Source of the DNA: Takakia lepidozioides
Lineage: Eukaryota > Plantae > Bryophyta
DNA length: 64,000 nucleotides
NCBI GenBank assembly: GCA_030704615.1
Contig: CM060731.1
Coordinates: forward strand, 6,634,001-6,698,000
Direction of reading: 5' to 3'
Shown: positions 47,796-59,465 of the stretch, one piece after another
Position numbering within the stretch: position 1 is the stretch's first letter
Layout of the letters: every line of letters begins with the position of its first letter
The notes under the pieces: generated by a model
Databases searched by the model: none
Told to the model about the DNA's origin: nothing
Seen by the model: only the letters and a program-made list of their open reading frames with translations
Translations under genes and position numbers: made by a program

Positions 47796-48677
47796 AGGTT
47801 AGATGATGGCGTGCTGCATCGCGACATAAACCTGCATTTGACATTCAGGCTTAGGATTCTTGCAATTTGGTGCTAGTCAGGCCTGCACAGTTCCAGAGCA
47901 CAAGTGGGAGCCCATCCGAGGGATGGGGACCTCGTAAGTGCTTCTTCATTTTGTACTCACCTTGTTTTTGCATCGCACTTGTGCTACAAGGGCAGAGCCA
48001 TTCATTTGGCTGGAGGTTCAATTCCTCTACAAGTGAGCTATTCCCGTGTCACTACAATCAGTTAGATGTGTTTGTGGTGGTTGCTGGATTTGCGGCTCTG
48101 GGGCGTCTTGCCAAGTGCTTGCAGGGATCAACGTTAATGTGGACGTGGCAGTACATGTAGCAAAAAAGCTCATTCGCTGGTGAAGAAGACCATGTTGCAA
48201 CATATGTCATGCGCTTCGAGAGTGCTGCTGTTGGGCAGGTGGGAGAATGCAACAACGGTGAGAAGGAAAGCAAGGGAAGCACAAAAAGGTGTCGTTCGGT
48301 CCTGCTCCTTTGGAGACACCCCCCATTCCACTGGTCTTTGTTCCTGGAAAGCATGCAGCTGGGCCAGAAAATGCATGCACACATTCACGTCTACTTCCCG
48401 TACATGAAGACGATCCTCTCCTCACATGTCAGAAACAATATTGGCAGAACAAAAAAAGGTTTGTTCACAAGACAGTACGGACCACATACCGGGACATTAT
48501 CGATATTATTAACTGTCTCGCCCTTGCGTGCTTGCAGGACTGTACAAAATGGGTTCTAAGGACAGTAAGAGTCCTTAGCATAGCTCTCGTCTATGAGCTG
48601 CTCGCTTAATGGACACTGAGATTCAGCTGGGCTCACTATCTATATCCAAATAATCTTCCCCTTCACTACCCACATCT

Positions 48678-51522
48678 GGTGCTGATCCCGCCAAACAAGT
48701 CCAGAAGACAAATGCCTTCATCCGGATACTGCCACACAATAGGTGTGGTGTCCAATGGAGACAACTGAGGTGGTCCTGGTGCAATCCCCGCACTCTCCTC
48801 CTCTCCTGATGGTACAAAAGCCTCCACCCAGGCTTGTTGCACCCGTCGATCAGCATCCCGCTGCAAATCCTTGCTCGTGCCCCACAATAGAGTCTGAGCA
48901 ACCATGGTAGGCAACTCCGCCATACCATACATGTCATCCTGCTCTCCCGGAGGTGGCACATCCTCTGAATGAGCATTGCCCTCAAGCAACTCTCTAGGCC
49001 AACTCACTGCCGCTGTGAATGCTGCTAGTGTCGGCATCTTGCCTCGCTGGGCAACCGCAACTCCTCCTATGAACGTCACAAGGAGCTGCACATGCCGGAC
49101 TGCATGCAGGTATAGGAAGCTGATTCCTCCCAAAAATCCAGGGTGAAGCCCATGGGGTACAACACTGCCCCACCAACCAGGACATTGTATGAGACCGCGT
49201 CTGTCACAATGGACTCGCATCACTGAGCCATCTGTAGGGTGATCCGGCCGTAGTCTGATAGCCAACTCACGTCGTGTCATGCCCCGAACCTGCTCCTATC
49301 CTCCCAGAGACGTCTGTATCTGGAAAGGACAAGGCTCCATATCTGCCTCCGTGAGGCCCAAGCCTGCAATAGCAGCTCTGCCCAGCATCAATGGCTGAGC
49401 TCCCGAGTCCAACAAGACCTGCAGTGGCCGGTACCTCTTGCCTGCCAGTCCACTCAAACAGAAAATGTCATCCTAGTTGTCTAACATGACAACTCCAGGT
49501 GTCACCATGGCACGCTCAATGGCTGGCCTAGCTGGCAGCTCCATCAACCTGGCAGCTGCAGCTTGCCATGGCGCCGCCGTGGCAGTCTTGACCCTCAAAT
49601 CCGAGGATCCCTCCGGCACTACACCTCCCACTATCTCCGCAGAAGATGAAGTAACCTCCCCACTCTCACAGAGTGTAGCTGCCAGCCTGAACACCTCAGC
49701 TGGTCTTACCCCCGGCGTCGCAATCATGGTAGCCGAGAACAATGGAGCCTGGCACACATATGTGGCCGCTCCTAGCAGCACACTAGCTGCCGTAGCCTTG
49801 GCAACACTAGGTAGTGGTGCTACCCTTGTAGCTCTCCCCAATGGCATAGTAACCTCTGCCTTGGCAACAGTCGGGTGAGAACTAGGTGCCATGGATGGCG
49901 TCGACACTGTCTCCGCCAATGTGAATGACTGAGGAAGCCTAGCCTAACGGCTTGCCTCTCCATGCTGTGGATCCAACTCCACCTCTGCACCTCGTGGCTC
50001 AGGAACTCGTGCTGCTACTCTCAAGTCACGGCTGCAACAGACTCCACCTGCACTAGTGGTAGTGCTGCTCCACACATGAATCCCATGCCTCCCATATATC
50101 TCCTCCCTTAGGAGCAGGAGGTGGACCATCCGGCCTTAGAGCCGGTACCACCTGAGCTGTAGCCATGGCAGCGAGCCTCTGCTCTAGCTGCTAAAGCCGG
50201 TTGGCCATGCCTTGGTCAACCCCCTGACCTCCGCGTCCTTGGCCATGTTGAGCTGGCCCTTGGCCTGCACCTCGTGGCTGGCCACCTCGTCCTCTCTGGG
50301 CTGCTCCACCTCGCCCCCGGCCACCATTGTTCCCTTGGAACTGGCCTGGGCGCAACTCAGGATGCAAACCATAACACTGGGCCTCTCCATGCCCGTGCTT
50401 GCCACAATGCCCACACTGCAACTATGCAGGCTGTGCATGTGCCGGCCCTTTGCCTCCCTCTAGGCAATCCTTCTTAACATGGGGTCCTCCACATGTCCAG
50501 CACACCACATCCGCCCGTTGTTGGCCAACAAATGAAGGGAGAGACCCCTGCATCTGAGGTCCTCTCTGCCCTTCCCTGAGCTTCACCTGAGCCCCCTTGT
50601 TGCCTTGAGCACGTTGAGGTAGTGGTTGGCTAGGAGCACCACTACCCCGTGGTGTCTCCTTAGCAAATCCCACCATGACCACTCGTTCCTCCACCATGTT
50701 GAGCTCTATCCATTCTGCCAGCAAAAACACATTTGCTAAGGTGGGTTGGGCCGCTTGTAGGAGAGTTGCATCCCGCACCCTTCTCCTCAGCTCCTTGTCC
50801 AATATCCCATACCAGAATTGGACTGCCTGAACTTCCGTAACCCCTTGGGTTACATTTATCAAGCGCCTCATGCGAGTGAAAGCCTCCCTCAAGCTCTCGG
50901 TCGGCTTCTGTTGGAACTCTTGCAAGCTCCGCAACTTCTCTGTCCTCACCCCTTGGTAGTTCCCTCTCAACTCTTCGAAGAACTCCACAACAGGGTTGAA
51001 GGCAGGCACGGGTGCTAGTGCTGGTGCGGTAGTGGCTTGGGTGGACGTCGTAGCTACTGTACCACCAGTCCCACTAGTCCCACTGCTATTTGCTGAAGCT
51101 GCTGGTGCAACGGCAGGTGTAGCCACTGCCCTCGTGGCTTTAGTGCCCCTAGTGATGGAGACATAGTCGGGTGACCAGTACATCGCCATGAAAGGCGTAA
51201 ATAGTTGTGGATTGCGCATTTGCTGCAAATCACACCAACTATCAAACTTTTGGATAAAATCATCTAACTCGATGGTGCCCACCGCCCCAGAGTACCTTCG
51301 TGGCCCCTTGGTAGCTCCATACATCTCCTCCATTGTGTCCCACAACAATGGCAAAGAAACAACTTGCACCGCCGGTATGAGTCCTCCTGATTCACAATCC
51401 GAATCAGAACCTTCCATAGAAGACACAGGAGGTGAAGGTGGCCTAAACTGCACACCTCGTCTCGTGTACCCACTAGTATCGCTAGTGCTCGAACCGGCAC
51501 TGTCCCCAGCAACTAGTGGCAC
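48678..51522 (-). pseudogene. 5' part of the DNMT-Gypsy: gag with two zinc knuckles, aspartic protease and DNMT motif I
   Basis: FQQKPTESLREAFTRM (gag), CWTCGGPHVKKDC and CGHCGKHGHGEAQC; protease VLLDSGAQPLMLG at ~49420-49380; ICLLDLFGGIST at 48715-48678. Confidence 0.88.
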
Positions 51523-52249
51523 CTCCGTGTCGACACTTAACCGGTCATGAACATGTCCCTAACCCCCTCTCCACAAGGTAACCGGGTAGAGAACCTGTTG
51601 CGGCTTATGGTTTGGAATACTAAGTTCCTAACATAGCCTACACCTGTACCTGCATCCACCGCAAGCACTCCTATGGTTGGCTGGTCATCACCTCCAACCT
51701 CACCACAGGAGAAACAATGATGGTCTGGCTGGTCATCACCCCAGCCTCACCATCGACAACATGCTCTAGGACTGGCCGGTGATCAAATCCGGACCAATCA
51801 CCTATAAAAACAAGCGCCCACACAAAACTAGCATGGCGCACAGTCAAGCATGCAGGTATGGAGGGGATCCAAACACAAGAAATCAGAACGACAACTCCCC
51901 CACACCAAAAACAACTCCACGGTGTTGCTCCTGCAAGGACACCCCAGCCCAAACCCGGACTGACTCTTGCCTCCACCTGCGGAAAGGTCTTGGCCTAATG
52001 AGAGGGTAGAAACTACGAGGAAGAGAAGCTAAAGCAATGCCTAACCCCAGCATGCCCTCATCCCAACACTCTTCCTCTCCTCTCTTCCCTCACTTGCATG
52101 ACCATGGGAATATCATGAAGATACTCCTCAAACCGCCCTCCACGAGCTTCAAAATTCGGCCTTCAAGACCACATGCCAGTCCTTAGGCAGTCCACCAGTG
52201 CCTCCACAAGTCAGCACAGGCCGTCCACAGGTCAACACGGGCCACCACA

Positions 52250-52785
52250 GACTAGCACAGGCCCACACAGCTCACTGGTCACAGCCGTCATAGTCCCACA
52301 GGCCACAGGGCACAGCCCACCACAGCCTATCACAGCCCGGCACAACCCCTCACAGCCCCAAAGGCCTCAGGCACGGCCTGTCACAGCCCCTCACAGCCCA
52401 TCACAACCCTAAAGGCCACGGGCACAGCCTGTCACAGCCCCAAAAGACCACCGACACAGCCCCTCACAGCCCGTCACAGCCCCAAAGGCCAGGCACGGCC
52501 TGTCACAGCCCCTCACAGCCCATCACAGCCCTAAGGCCACCAACACAGCCCCAAAAGGCGACCGACACAGCCCCTCACAGCCCATCACAGCCCCGAAGGC
52601 CACCGGCGCAGCCCGACACAGCCCGTCACAGCCCCAAAGGCCTCAAGCACGGCTGTCACAGCCCCTCACAGCCCCTCACAGCCCCAAAGGCCACCGGCAC
52701 AGCCTGTCACAGCCTGTCACAGCCCCTCACAGCCCCAAAAGGCCACCGGCACAGCCCCAAAGGCCTCAGGCACGGCCTGTCACAT
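52250..52785. repeat. Low-complexity CACAGCC(C/T)-based tandem repeats
   Basis: Dozens of CACAGCC motifs with GCCCCAAAGGCC linkers. Confidence 0.85.
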
Positions 52786-53283
52786 TCCCATCCATGGCCG
52801 CTCTGGCAGTTTAGCCATTTCTCTAAGGGGTTTAGCCACGCCAAGCTAGGGTTTGTGTCTCTTGGACTCTAGGCTTCTTTCCACCGAGCGATGGCGGCTG
52901 TGAGGAAATCAGCAAGGTATTCTTGCTCTTTCGGCTCCCACACACCACCATAGTAGCCCTAAGCCATGAGGTGGTTGCCACAAACCAAGCCTTCTTTCTC
53001 ACTTAGCCTCCCCAAACACGCCACTAAACTCAATGGCAAACAACCAAGCCCTGCTGGTTCCCAGCCCTTGTGAGCACTCATTCAAGCATTCTCCTTGGCC
53101 ATAGCATCTGTCTTAGAGCTTATTCCAGCCCCCTACACCTGCTGCTTCAAGAGTTGCGCTCCCTTCAAGCTTGAAGTTGAAACCCCAACTCACATAGGCC
53201 CTACAAGTGCTTTTCTTTCACTCCAAGTGGAAACCAGCCCTAGACCTTCCGTTCTAGCTCTCTAAAGCTTGAAAACAAGAGCC

Positions 53284-53578
53284 TCAATGGGCTGAAGGCA
53301 TGCTCCACACATGCCCCACTCTCAGCTCCTTTGCTTCATTTATTGCACCCACAAACCTGAAAATACAAGCTTGAGCAGGCTGAAAGCATGCTCTACAGGG
53401 AAACCAGCCCCTTCCTTCCTTTCTTGCACTCCCACACCTGAAAGTGCAAGCCTTCACCAGGCTGATAGCATGCTCCACACAATACTCCTCTGCCTCCTCC
53501 CTCAGTTTGGGCCAGAAATACTCTTTCTTCAGGAGTGCCGCAGTGCGCTTGGCTCCTGCTCCCAATGCTTCTCCTGAG
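53284..53578 (-). pseudogene. Degenerate Gypsy integrase zinc-binding (H2C2) remnant
   Basis: GAKRTAALLKKEYFWPKLREEAEEYC; remainder decayed. Confidence 0.55.
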
Positions 53579-53581
53579 GCA

Positions 53582-56500
53582 TCACAGTGAACATGAAAAT
53601 ACTACATGCCAGTGAGGGTTAATCAGCACAGGTGTAGTTGTTACTGACAATGTAAGTTCCTCAAAAGCCTGCTGACATTCAGCTGTCCATGCAAACACTG
53701 CATCTTTCTTCAGAAGCTTGCTCAATGGTGCTGCTATCTGTGCATACCGTCTGACAAATCTTCTGTAATAACTGGTTTGTCCAAGGAATCTCCTTAGACT
53801 CTTAACATTTCCTGGTGGCGGAGAGGCTTTAATAGCCTCTATCTTTCTAGGATCCACAAGCAGTCCCCACTTACACACAATGTGTCCCAAAAGTACTCAT
53901 GAGTTCACACAGAAATTACACTTTTCTGGATTCAGGCCCAGACCTCTCATCCTGCATCTGGCCAAACATAACTCCAATTTATGCAAATGCTCATTCTTAG
54001 AACTGTACGCACTGAAGTCATCTAAGAACATCTGCATGAAATCATCCAGATACTCATGGAAAGATTCATTTATCACTCTCTGAAAAGTTGCTGGTGCATT
54101 ACAAAGTCCAAAAGGCATGACTTTGTATGCATAAGCACCCCAGTCTGTGATGAAAGTTGTCTTTCCCTGGTCTTCTTCTGCCACTTGCACTTGATTATAC
54201 CCACTGAAGCCATCCATGAATGAGTACATCTCATGGCCTGCCACAGTGGCCAACACCGCTTCTATGAATGGCAAAGGGAAGGGATCTTTCTTTGTACAAG
54301 TATTCAACTTCTTATAGTTCACACAAACTCTCAGTTTACCATTCTTCTTGGGAACTATCACAATGGGTGACAACCATGTTGTATACTCTATTGGGTATAT
54401 GATTTTAGCCTCAGCCAACTTCTTGATCTCTTCCCCAACCTTCTGTGCATAGTTGGGATTCATTCTTTACCTTGCCTGTTTGATTAGTACTGACCCTGGT
54501 TCCAGTTCAATCTTATGCTGACAGATCTCAGGTGGTATCCCTTTCAGATCCTCATAGCTCCAAGCAAATACATCTCTGTATTTGATGAACAGACTCGTAG
54601 CTTCCTCAAAGAATTATGGCTCCAAGTCGGCCCCTACTTTCACCATTCTCGGTTCCTCCTCAGTTCCTACATTCACTTCTCTCACCTGCTCATCAGTTGT
54701 GATTGTCCAACCAGTCACTACTTCATCTTGTAAACTCAGAGTGGCTGGTTCTTCTAGGATTTCCATTTCTCCCTCTCTTTCTTCATAGAAATGTGGTGGG
54801 TAACTGCTTGTTTCACCCTCAATTGGTGTTGCTGTTACTACACCACAGCAGATACCTTTTAAACAACTTAGGCCTTCCAGTTGCATTTATGTAACCTACT
54901 CCCACTTTGGGTGTGCAACGAACAGGGTAGCCTCCTGCTCCTCATCAAGTTTTTTCCTCCAGTCATACTCTCTGACTCCTCGAGGACTTCTCGTAGCAGG
55001 TAGTCTACTAGATTTCTTAGTGGTGATTTGTATCAAGATTGCGCTTCCCATCATACACAGTCAGTAACTGGGAATTCCAGTCATGGAATACCCTGGCCTG
55101 TTTCAGCCATGGTCGACCCAGTAATAAGGAGTAAGCTTCCATGACATCATCCATTTTCAACACAGTCACTGTAATCTTAAAGATCATATTTTGAATCTGT
55201 ATCTTAACTCCTCTTATCAAGCCTAATAGCTGAACACTTCTTTGATCTGCCATTGTTACTGTGAATGGGGCTGGTTTCATGTTACTTAGACCAAGCTTCT
55301 GCCTTAATTGGTCTGTCATGATATTCACTCCAGAGCCTCCATCTATCAGTACATCAGTCAAGTCTGTGCTTCCAATTCTCAATTGGATTACTGGCATAGA
55401 ATCATCAAAGTCCATGACTGTTTCTCGCCCTTCTGGCTTCACAGTATAGCTTGTCACCTTGTTGTTCAGGTCTGTGTTCCCTGTTACATGAGCAATCTGA
55501 TTAATTGTTTGATACAGCCTGTGCCTACAATGAGGTGCCACAGCCAATAGCTGTCCAATGGTAATCTCCGCTATGGACTGGCATATTACTTCAGCCAAAG
55601 TCCCTTCATTACCCTGCATTTGTACAACTTCTTTCTTCACTTCATCCTCACTCACTTCATCTTCTCTTTCAGAATCAGAGGAATCTGCCATAGGGATATC
55701 AGTACTCTTCTGCATTTCCCTTATGGTATCAGCCACTTCCTTGTGCAGTTCCTTCTCATCTCTCCAAGCCTCATCATCTTCAGGCACATCACTGCCATCT
55801 TCATTATCATCATCTTCCTCATCTACTGGAGGTATTAGTTTAGCTTTGCTTCTGGTTACTATCATTGTACTTACTTCTGGTACAACACATGGCCTAACCA
55901 TGTGAGCTGTCACCACTGGGCCCTCATTCACATGAGCTCTCATCTCATTCTGGTGTCTAATCCAGAATGAACAGGCTGCCTTGCGATGTCCTGGCTGATT
56001 ACAATAGTAACACAGTTCTCCACCATTGGGTCCTCACCCTTGATCTGCTCTGGGATTATTTCTATAATCCTGATTCCCTGGCTGGTAATTCCCCCTTGGA
56101 TTACCCTGATAGTTGCCTCTGGGATTGCCTTTACCTCTCCCTTCCATACCATTGTTATAACCACCAGGCCTACCATAGTGGTCCTGATCACTGTTTCTTC
56201 TTGGCTGGGGCTGCACTTGATGCACCCTTACTTGCCTAGCCGCTGTCCTTATGTTGTTATAACAATTCTCAGTAGAATGGTTATCCATTTTACAGATAGT
56301 ACAGTGTTTCTCCTTCATGTGGCATTCAGCTGGCCTTCATTCTGACATTTTGCACATCAAATACCCTTCCTCCAATGTGTTACAGCCTCTGTGGCATAAC
56401 TCTTCAAAATTTCTTCCAATCTTTTCTCATAGTTATCCCTCTTCAACTTTTCCTTCTTTTTACTCTTCCTTTTGAGCTCTTGCTCATGTTCCTCATCTGA

Positions 56501-57036
56501 CTCATCCTCAGAGTCCTCATCATCCATTTTCTCTCTCCTGAGCATTCCCAATTGCTCAATTCTGTTAGTTGTTTCAAATGCCTCCTCCACTGTATTATGG
56601 GGTAGCATATCCACTTTCTTTTGCAACTTTGGTCTTAGTCCACTCACAAACCAAGTCTTCTGTAACCCTGGTGCTGGTACAGCAGCCAGCTTTTTCATCA
56701 TTAATTCCATCTTTTCCATGTACTCTTCAACAGTTTCATGCTTCTTTTGCCTTAACTATTGTAAACTTCCATACACTTCGTCCTCAGTTTTGCTTGTCCT
56801 GAACCTGTTTTGGAATGCCGTACTAAGGCCATTCCAGGTTAGGAAATGATTATCCGGAAATCTTGCATACCATTCACTTGCTTTCTTGATAAGTGAACAA
56901 GGAAACAGTCTCATCTTGGCATCATCCTGAGCCGACACCTTTGTTGGCCTGTGATCCAAGTGCTCCACTTGATCCAGGTCCAACAGGTTGGGATGTCTTG
57001 GTTGTAGTCTCAACCTCAACTGTTGGGTCTACTTCT
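53582..57036 (-). mobile_element. Truncated Ty3/Gypsy copy (gag, protease, RT, start of RNase H), same family as the element at 58519-64000
   Basis: KKHCTICKMDNHSTENC, VLIDGGSGVNI..LLLGRPWL, RVCVNYKKLN, FMDGFSGYNQ, MPFGLCNAPATFQ, FLDDF; reverse-complement similarity to 60560-64000. Confidence 0.92.
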
Positions 57037-57427
57037 TTATCTTATAGATATTTTCCATAAGATCTTGACCTACGTGTTGGAATGAGAGAGGAGGGTAAGG
57101 GTAACTGCACCCGGCACATACCCTGGGTATAAGGCGGTTATCTAGGGTTAGCATGGCAGCCTCGAGGAAGCTAAAAGAGTATGTCGTGGAGCACTACGGG
57201 ATGGCGGCTACAAGCTTTGATGGGTTGTCTAGTAGCTTTCATGGTTCAGATTCCAGATCTTGCAGATATTGGGTAGTTGAGATCGTGCAATCTCTTAGGT
57301 ATTCTTCATCAACATTGTGATTTTGCTTGGAAGTAGATCAAAATGGATAGTTTTGAACTCTGAACTTTGAAACTTGTTTGTATTTGAAGGAAGATCATAT
57401 TGCAGGTGCTGTAAGAGTTGAATCTGT

Positions 57428-58518
57428 GTGAGCGATGCTTTTGCTTTGTGGCGTAAGGGTCTGATGGACACTGTAAATGCAACTATGCCAATTGCTTCAG
57501 TTGAAGCTAATCTCTTTGGTGCACCCGAGTCTTTAGGTAGTGCGAGTACCAGACATGCGGGCGTTCTTGGCAGCGAGGGTTTCGATGGCCATCAGAGAAG
57601 GCCTCCAGATCGAGATGAACCTGTTGCCAACATTGAACAGCAGAAACAACTTCAACTATTGCACAAACAAGGGCTATGGTGGAAGCCATACAACCGCACC
57701 TCACCAACCTGGGCATTTTATACTTTGAACGATGCAAGTGCTGTTGTGAATGCTAGCATAGAACAAGTAATGCGTTGCATTCTCTGCTACCAAGCAACGG
57801 TACTTGCAATGCGCACTAGATCCAAGAAAGGGTTGATCGCATATAAGAAAGACAATGGAACCAGTGCCTTGATTAAACATGTGAAGAGAGAACACCCTGA
57901 GGTCTCTAAAATTTATGAGGATGAGTGTAATAGCAAGGTGAGAGATCCACTTGAGCGTCAACCAGCCAAGAAAAGACCAGGAGTCACCCCTTCTACTGTT
58001 AGTGAATTTTTAGTGTAGCAGAGCCTTTCAAAAAGGATAACCCATAGCAAAAGAATTTCATGGAAGATCTTTTTCTGTTTGTCATTAAGTCCCATATGCC
58101 CCTCCGGACTGTAGAGAGTATATGGTTGCAGAAAAATGTGTCTGCAAGTGTGCCCCCGAGTTGTCTTCCCATCCTGGAGAGTTTTCACAAATGAGATGTT
58201 GCCTAATCTGGTGGAGAAAACCCGAGAGTTATATGTTATGCCTGCGTTGTCATCATGCATTTCAGCCACTGCTACTTTCGATTTATGGATGTCCAAAGCC
58301 GGTCATGATGTGTTTGCACTTGTTGTGAACTTCCTTACCTCTGATTGGGAACCCAAGCACATCACAGTTGGTCTATTTGAAGCTAGCGACACTACAAGGG
58401 CTGCCATGGCAATCAAATTACATGAGCTCCTTGAGCAGTTCTGTTTGACCCACAAAATTGTTTCATTTGTGAAAGATGAGGGTGCAAACCTCAATACCAT
58501 GACAGAGGCGTTGATGTC
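57428..58518 (+). pseudogene. Second hAT transposase fragment (BED finger and N-terminal catalytic region), interrupted by an LTR
   Basis: WAFY..MRCILCY..LIKHVKREH; TFDLWMSKAGHDVFALVVNF; FVKDEGANL; homologous to 13850-14677. Confidence 0.85.
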
Positions 58519-59465
58519 TGTCGTGACTGTTAGAGGACTGTCTGGGACTTAGACACTTATACGGGATCTGTGGGGTACCCTTAATTTTTGCACAGACTGA
58601 GACCAACAGGAGCCTTAGGGGTGACAGCAGCGCACTTTAGGGGGGGGTGACACAGCCGTCACAGCCAACACAGCCGACAGCCGACACAGCCCGACACAGC
58701 ACACACAGCCGACACAGCCCATCACAGCCAACACAGCCCGTCACAGCCGTCACAGTTCACACAGCCAGTCACAGCTTGACACAGCTGTCACGACCATAGG
58801 GAACGGATAGCCGGACAGGGAACGACTGTGGGGAACAACACCTGCGAATGGAACATGTTAGTTCACGGACGACGGTTAGTGAGGGAAACGGTTAGAACAA
58901 CGGGTAGGAAGATAAAGCGGAAGCAAGGGACTGAAAGGGGGATCGGAGCACTTCGGGGGAATCACTGCTGGAAGGAGTGGGAAGGAGCACTTCGGAGAGA
59001 CTTCGGACATCACTGGGGGAAAAGAGGAGAGAATCTCTGAGCAGAAAGGGAGAGCACGGAGTAGGAGGAGGATCTGTTGATGCTTAATGAATGCATGCAG
59101 TAGTAGAATAATGTAGAGCAGATTAGAGACTCCATGGCTTCAGCCTGATACTTGATAGATATTAATCTGATACACACCTCATACTCACACTGTGTAGAGA
59201 GATCTGAGTGAAGCTGTGGAATGAATGATGAGTTGATGGAATCCGATAGATTGATGAAGCAAACTGATACTTAATTACCACAGTAAGGTAACTAGCTAAC
59301 ATGAATGCGGAAGGAAAACAAATAGGAAACACCCCCATGATACACTAGCTGTAGGTCATGACTGATTGTTCTGAGCGGGCTGAGTACTTAGAGATTTCCA
59401 ACTCTTCTATCTTGGAGTTTCCGCCTCGGATAGCGAAGGGATGGGTGAGTAAAAGCCGCGCGACA
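58519..59465 (+). repeat. 5' LTR of a Gypsy element
   Basis: TGTCG...CGACA inverted termini, followed after TT by PBS-like TGGCGACC (59468); contains CACAGCC repeats at 58620-58790. Confidence 0.72.

Larger units (their letters stand above)
18692..48676. mobile_element. CACTA/EnSpm DNA transposon (~29 kb including nested insertions); right arm (46316-48676) now inverted
   Basis: TIR CACTAGAAGCATT(C/T)GTGTC(A/T)TTT at 18692 and 46316; flanks CAT (18689-91) and ATG (46313-15) form a 3-bp TSD once the inversion is undone; subterminal GACTC..GAGTC motifs; internal TnpD-type transposase. Confidence 0.9.

Noticed and set aside
52173-52800. Candidate 5' LTR of the DNMT-Gypsy or 3' LTR of the 53.6-57 kb element
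   Set aside because: No match to 14678-15360, and the CACAGCC repeats are on the wrong strand to be the minus-strand copy's LTR.
58528-59301. Alternative LTR boundaries TGTTAG...CTAACA
   Set aside because: No PBS follows 59301, whereas TGGCGACC follows 59465.
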